In this document: positions 59,273 through 64,000 of the stretch, in pieces
How positions within the stretch are numbered: position 1 is the stretch's first letter
How the letters are laid out: each line of letters starts with the position of its first letter
DNA from: Promethearchaeota archaeon
GTDB lineage: Archaea > Asgardarchaeota > Lokiarchaeia > Sigyniarchaeales > SOKP01
Length of the DNA stretch: 64,000 nucleotides
Direction: 5' to 3'
Assembly (NCBI GenBank): GCA_019058245.1
Contig: JAHPZJ010000027.1
Location: forward strand, 16,330-80,329
The notes under the pieces: model-generated
What the model was told of the DNA's origin: nothing
The model's input: only the letters and a program-made list of their open reading frames with translations
The model's database searches: none
Translations under genes and position numbers: made by a program

Positions 59273-61711
59273 TTGACTTCAGAACAAATTGAAGAAATTT
59301 TATTAAAAGATGAAATGCAAAGTGCCTACATCGATTATGCTATGAGTGTAGTCGTTGGGAGGGCCATTCCAGATGTTAGAGATGGTCTTAAACTTGTACA
59401 TAGACGTATTATCTATGCTATGGCAGAAAATAATTGGAATTATAATACGTCACATGTTAAATGTGCTAAAATTGTTGGAGAAACTCTTGGTAATTTTCAT
59501 CCTCATGGCGATATGGCAGTTTACAATGCATTAGTTCGAATGGGACAAGATTTTTCTTTAAGATATCCATTAATCCATCCACAGGGGAATTTTGGGTCAA
59601 TAGATGGAGATCCTCCCGCAGCTTATAGGTATACTGAAGCAAGATTGTCTCAAATTTCAAATGAATTAATTGAAGATATTGATAAAGAAACAGTAGAATT
59701 TGTACCTAATTTTGATAATAGTACTGTTGAACCACTATATTTACCAGCGAAACTTCCAAATATTTTGTTAAATGGTACAAAAGGTATTGCTGTAGGAATG
59801 GCAACATCTATGGCACCACATAATTTATCAGAAGTTTGTAATGGTATTATAGCAACTATTGATGAGCCTGATATTTCAATAGAGGAATTAATGGAGATAA
59901 TTAAAGGACCTGATTTTCCAACAGGTGGTATTATTACTGATACTAATGGAATCTCAAATGCATATCATACTGGTAATGGGACCATAAATATTAGCGGCAT
60001 AATCGAAACTGAAACAAATGCGAAAAATACTAGTCTGATCATTACAGAAATCCCATATTTAGTGAATAAAACCGATTTAATTGAATCTATTGCCAGATTG
60101 ATTAAGGATGGTATTCTTAAGGATATTAAAGATTTGAGAGATGAGTCAGATAGGAATGGTATGCGTATTGTATTAGATTTATCTAAAAACGCTCAACCAG
60201 TAATAGTAAAAAATATTCTCTTTAAGAGAACGAGACTTCTCACTACTTTCAACATAACGAATTTGGTTTTAATTAATGAAGGCAAACAACCTAAAATTCT
60301 AAATCTAAAAGAGCTAATTAATGAATATATTGAACATCGATTAATAATAATTCAAAGAAGAACCGAATACCTTCTCAAAAAGGCAAAAGATCGCCTTCAT
60401 AGGGTTGAAGGGCTTTTAATTGCATTAAATGATATCGATAATGTAGTAAATTTGATAAAAAATTCAAAAGATACTAATGAAGCTAAAACTAAATTAAAAA
60501 CAGCGTATAAGCTAAGTGATATACAGGTTCAATCAATTTTGAGTATGCCATTATCAAGATTAACAAATTTGGAACAGCAAAAGTTAATTGATGAGCAAAA
60601 ATCATTACAAGCGAGTATTAAGGAATACAATAAAATTCTGAAAGAAAAACAGGTTCGCTTAAATTTTATCAAAAATGATTTAATGGAATTAAACAAAAAG
60701 TATGGTGATGATAGAAAGACTGAAATCAAAATGGTGGAACATCAAGAAATAAAAGAAATCGAAAAGATTGATTTAATCAAAAAAGAAACCACCATAGTAA
60801 TTTTTACAAAAAACCAATATATTAAAAGAATCTCAGTAGAAGAATATCAAGCTCAAAGACGAGGAGGTCGTGGGAAAAAGAGTATGACTATTCGTGAGGA
60901 AGATTTTATTACAGATCTATTTGTTTGTACAACTCATGATACCATTCTAATTTTTACTTCGAAAGGAAGAGTCTATTCTATTAGATGTTTTGATATACCA
61001 TTACAAAAGCGAACTGCTCGAGGAAAACCAATTATTAATTTTATCCCTCTACAATCAGGCGAAAATATTTCTGCTATGATACCGATTAATAACTTCAATA
61101 CGAATGAAATGCTTATTATGACCACAAAGAAAGGGATTATCAAAAAAATTCCTCTAAAATTATTTTCTAAATTTAAAACCACAGGAGTAAGAGCTCAAAG
61201 AATCAGACCAGATGATGAATTAGTTAGTGTTAAAAGACTCTCAAATGAACTCCAAGATATTTTTATAGCTACAAAATTAGGTTATGCGGTGAGATTCGAT
61301 GAATCAGAATTGCGTGAATTAGGAAGAAATTCTATGGGAGTAAAAGGAGCAGAATTAAGAGAAAATGATGAAGTTATCGATACACTCCTTGTATCTGATG
61401 ATGAGATAATATTAACTCTTACCCAAAATGCATATGGTCAAAGAACATATGTGAAAGAATACCGTAAAACCGGACGAGGGGCAAAAGGAGTTAAAAATAT
61501 AACACTTGATAAAGCTAAAGATGATAAAGTCATTGCTACAAAAATTGCTAAACACATGGACTTACTAATTGGAACAGAACAAGGGCAAATGATCCGATTA
61601 CCTGTTGATTCAATAAGAATAACTCATAGAACTGCTAAGGGTGTTCGAGTCATTAAGCTTTATGAAGATGATTTTGTTGTAGCAATTGGAAAGTGTGAAG
61701 AAGAATCATAA
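59273..61711 (+). CDS. gyrA: DNA gyrase subunit A
   Basis: PDVRDGLK, FHPHGD, AAYRYTEAR (catalytic Tyr), GyrA box QRRGGRG, beta-pinwheel repeats. Confidence 0.97.
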   Translation: MTSEQIEEILLKDEMQSAYIDYAMSVVVGRAIPDVRDGLKLVHRRIIYAMAENNWNYNTSHVKCAKIVGETLGNFHPHGDMAVYNALVRMGQDFSLRYPLIHPQGNFGSIDGDPPAAYRYTEARLSQISNELIEDIDKETVEFVPNFDNSTVEPLYLPAKLPNILLNGTKGIAVGMATSMAPHNLSEVCNGIIATIDEPDISIEELMEIIKGPDFPTGGIITDTNGISNAYHTGNGTINISGIIETETNAKNTSLIITEIPYLVNKTDLIESIARLIKDGILKDIKDLRDESDRNGMRIVLDLSKNAQPVIVKNILFKRTRLLTTFNITNLVLINEGKQPKILNLKELINEYIEHRLIIIQRRTEYLLKKAKDRLHRVEGLLIALNDIDNVVNLIKNSKDTNEAKTKLKTAYKLSDIQVQSILSMPLSRLTNLEQQKLIDEQKSLQASIKEYNKILKEKQVRLNFIKNDLMELNKKYGDDRKTEIKMVEHQEIKEIEKIDLIKKETTIVIFTKNQYIKRISVEEYQAQRRGGRGKKSMTIREEDFITDLFVCTTHDTILIFTSKGRVYSIRCFDIPLQKRTARGKPIINFIPLQSGENISAMIPINNFNTNEMLIMTTKKGIIKKIPLKLFSKFKTTGVRAQRIRPDDELVSVKRLSNELQDIFIATKLGYAVRFDESELRELGRNSMGVKGAELRENDEVIDTLLVSDDEIILTLTQNAYGQRTYVKEYRKTGRGAKGVKNITLDKAKDDKVIATKIAKHMDLLIGTEQGQMIRLPVDSIRITHRTAKGVRVIKLYEDDFVVAIGKCEEES

Positions 61712-61716
61712 AACAC

Positions 61717-62079
61717 TTATTCTTTCTTTTTCAAGTATGGAATTAGACAAAGAAAAATTAGATTATCCTCACCGATATTATCTATTCCATGTCTTTCATT
61801 TGGCGGAATATATACAAAATCACCCTCATTTGCAATTTCAACTTTACTCTCATCATTATAGAATTTTCCTTGTCCAGTTAACACATAAATTTCGTGATCT
61901 TCAGAATGATTATGAAGAGGAATTTTTTGCCCTTTTCCAACCTTTATTCTTCTCATAGCAAAATTTTTGGCCCCTAAATTTTCATCAATTAACCATCTAA
62001 TAGAAATTCCATCTGCTTTTGTTCCATCAGCTAATACAGCTTCCTTTTCTTCGACTTCTTTATAATTCTTTTTTAACAT
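61717..62079 (-). CDS. Cupin domain protein
   Basis: PLHNHSEDHEIYVLTGQG, GDFVYIPPNERHG. Confidence 0.9.
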   Translation of the reverse strand: MLKKNYKEVEEKEAVLADGTKADGISIRWLIDENLGAKNFAMRRIKVGKGQKIPLHNHSEDHEIYVLTGQGKFYNDESKVEIANEGDFVYIPPNERHGIDNIGEDNLIFLCLIPYLKKKE

Positions 62080-62262
62080 AAATAAATTAAAATACTTAAT
62101 CTATAAAAATTATAGTTTGTTGATTTATTAGCTTCTTATAAATGAGTTTTATCAATTAGAATTCTTTACATAAAAAACAACACTTAAGATAATTATTTAA
62201 GTTATGATTTAAATAGCTTAGAATAAATCAATATTATATACCAAAATTACCATCTAGAAATT

Positions 62263-63195
62263 ATGACTAAGAATATAGCAATAGGTTTCGATCACTCCCA
62301 TAATAATAAATTAACAATTGAAAACAATGCGTTTTCTGATTTTATTCAGTATCTTTTTGATTCTGATTTTAAATTGGGAAAAATTGAAGCAGGTTTAACA
62401 TATGAAAAATTATATAATTATGATCTCTTAATAATCGGTGTACCTCATCTTGGTCCAGATCTTGATCCTGACGAAATCGATGATTTAGTTGAATATGTTA
62501 AGAATGGTGGAAGTCTCCTTATTATTAACGATGGGGGTGGTGATTATGAAAATAAAAATAATCTTTCTGAATTAACCAAAAACTTTGGTATTGTTTTTAA
62601 TTCAGATATATTATTTGATGATAAAAATTTCTCGCAAGAGAATTCTCATCCAATAATTAAAGATTTTAGAAGTCACTTTATCACAAGAGATATTACTCGG
62701 ATTATTCATTCTAATGGTTGCTCTATAAAGATCGATAAATCAATTGAAGATGAAGATATTGATGTGAATGGCTTAGCTTTTTCTTCAGAAAATTCTTCAC
62801 GGCAAAAGTATTTCAATGGGGATGAATGGCTGGATAAATCTGAACAACATATTCCAATCGCGGGCGTTTCACATTATAACTCTGGAAAAGTCGTTGCAAT
62901 AGGAAATTTATCAATATTTTCAAGTTTGAATAAATCTTACGGAATATTAGCAGGTGATGATTTTAAATTTGTTACAAACATTGTTTCTTGGTTGTTGAAT
63001 AAAATAGACTCTGATCAAGAGCAAGAATTAAAACCAATACTTACTACTGTTGCTATTAGCCAAGATTTATACTATTGGATTAAAGAAATGATTAACAAAG
63101 GGAGATGGGCAAATCTCGAGGAATTGGTCAATTTTGCTTTAAGAGTTACAAAAATAAGATTGAAAGATGCAGAGAAAGATGTTAGAGATGAATAA
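62263..63195 (+). CDS. GIFT/DUF4350-like (IFT52/GldG, GATase-like) domain protein with C-terminal RHH-like segment
   Basis: IGFDHSHNN, YDLLIIGVP, EYVKNGGSLL, FGIVFNSD, GKVVAIGN..IF, NIVSWL; tail TTVAISQDLYYWI...GRWANLEELVNFALR. Confidence 0.65.
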   Translation: MTKNIAIGFDHSHNNKLTIENNAFSDFIQYLFDSDFKLGKIEAGLTYEKLYNYDLLIIGVPHLGPDLDPDEIDDLVEYVKNGGSLLIINDGGGDYENKNNLSELTKNFGIVFNSDILFDDKNFSQENSHPIIKDFRSHFITRDITRIIHSNGCSIKIDKSIEDEDIDVNGLAFSSENSSRQKYFNGDEWLDKSEQHIPIAGVSHYNSGKVVAIGNLSIFSSLNKSYGILAGDDFKFVTNIVSWLLNKIDSDQEQELKPILTTVAISQDLYYWIKEMINKGRWANLEELVNFALRVTKIRLKDAEKDVRDE

Positions 63196-63709
63196 AGATC
63201 ATCTGTTAATGGGGCTTATAAGTGATACGCATATACACTCAAATTTTCCAGCTATTTTAAATCAAATTATAGATGATTTCAAGGAAAAACAAATTGATTA
63301 TTTAGTTCATTTGGGCGATTATACTAGCCATAAAGTATATGAAAACTTCCAGAATATATTCAGCAAAGAGAAATTTATTGGAATCATAGGTAATATGGAT
63401 GATTCAAATTTGAAGAAAGAACTTCCAGAAAAAATGCAATTAGAGTTGTTTGGACACAAAATCTTTATAACCCATGGTGAAGGTGGACCTCATAGTATTA
63501 TTGACCTTTTAAACCGAAGGTTTGATTTATCTAATTATGATATTATAATTTTTGGTCATGCACATCGACCTTTCAATAAAACAGGGGAAGATGGAAAATT
63601 ATATATCAACCCTGGCTCTCCAACAGATAAAAGATTTACGAATATTAACTCCTATGGATACTTAAAACTAACTCATGAAAAAATTGAGCCAGAAATAATT
63701 TATTTATGA
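63188..63709 (+). CDS. YfcE/MJ0936/Vps29-like metallophosphoesterase
   Basis: ISDTH, HLGD, GNMD, THG, FGHAH, INPGS; ATG 63188 overlapping upstream stop preferred. Confidence 0.9.
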   Translation: MNKDHLLMGLISDTHIHSNFPAILNQIIDDFKEKQIDYLVHLGDYTSHKVYENFQNIFSKEKFIGIIGNMDDSNLKKELPEKMQLELFGHKIFITHGEGGPHSIIDLLNRRFDLSNYDIIIFGHAHRPFNKTGEDGKLYINPGSPTDKRFTNINSYGYLKLTHEKIEPEIIYL

Positions 63710-63724
63710 TAGAAAAAAATTAGA

Positions 63725-64000
63725 TTAAGCACTCTCCATAGGTTTTCCAGAGAGTTTTTTGTAATGATTCAATACTGCTTGGCGAGCAGCATAAACAAAA
63801 GCTCTCTTTACGTTTACGCCCTGGATAGCAATAGTTTCATATATTAATACATGGTTCAATCTCGCAGTATCAAGTGCTTGACGTATTTTAGATATTTCTA
63901 CAATATCCTCTAAATCTCTTTTATTAGCTAAAACTACTGTTGGTACTTCTGGTGGATCAAATTCTTTAGTGGGTATTAATTTATCCCCATAGAATCGGAG
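63725..64000 (-). CDS. Small Ras-superfamily GTPase (MglA/Arf-like), C-terminal part only (runs off window)
   Basis: Minus frame reads ...VPTVVLANKRDLEDIV...IYETIAIQGVNVKRAF...KPMESA*; G4 NKRD and G5 region. Confidence 0.8.
   Translation of the reverse strand, partial: LRFYGDKLIPTKEFDPPEVPTVVLANKRDLEDIVEISKIRQALDTARLNHVLIYETIAIQGVNVKRAFVYAARQAVLNHYKKLSGKPMESA

Overview
AT-rich archaeal genomic window, most consistent with an Asgard archaeon of the Lokiarchaeia type. This is inferred from a BHB-intron tRNA, aCPSF1/FttA, an EF-2 paralogue lacking the diphthamide motif, gelsolin-, roadblock/longin- and small-GTPase proteins, bacterial-type gyrase and eukaryote-like SECIS elements. 1-14 kb is a chemotaxis cluster (cheW, cheY, cheA, a cheW-cheC-cheC fusion, two cheB, cheD, cheC). 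It has no MCP, cheR, cheF or archaellum gene in the window, but it embeds a gelsolin-domain gene, a longin/roadblock-like gene and two unknown genes. The rest is mostly housekeeping and metabolic (EF-2 paralogue, purN, aCPSF1, tRNA-Gln, parvulin, GT87 pair, DNA MTase, menB-like, gatAB, asnS, cofE-like/folP, gyrBA). The strongest unexpected signal, absent from the ORF track, is at 25.3-26.1 kb. Two tandem paralogous small two-TM membrane genes each carry an in-frame TGA followed by Gly at the same aligned position. Each has a 3'UTR element with eukaryote-type SECIS architecture (AUGA...A-rich loop...UGAU, structure-preserving substitutions) plus an extra GNRA hairpin. This is a candidate new selenoprotein family. 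Also notable: two coiled-coil paralogues apparently starting at AUU, a ~145-nt structured intergenic element, a 4-repeat membrane gene interrupted by one in-frame TAA, and a tRNA-Gln with C at position 33.
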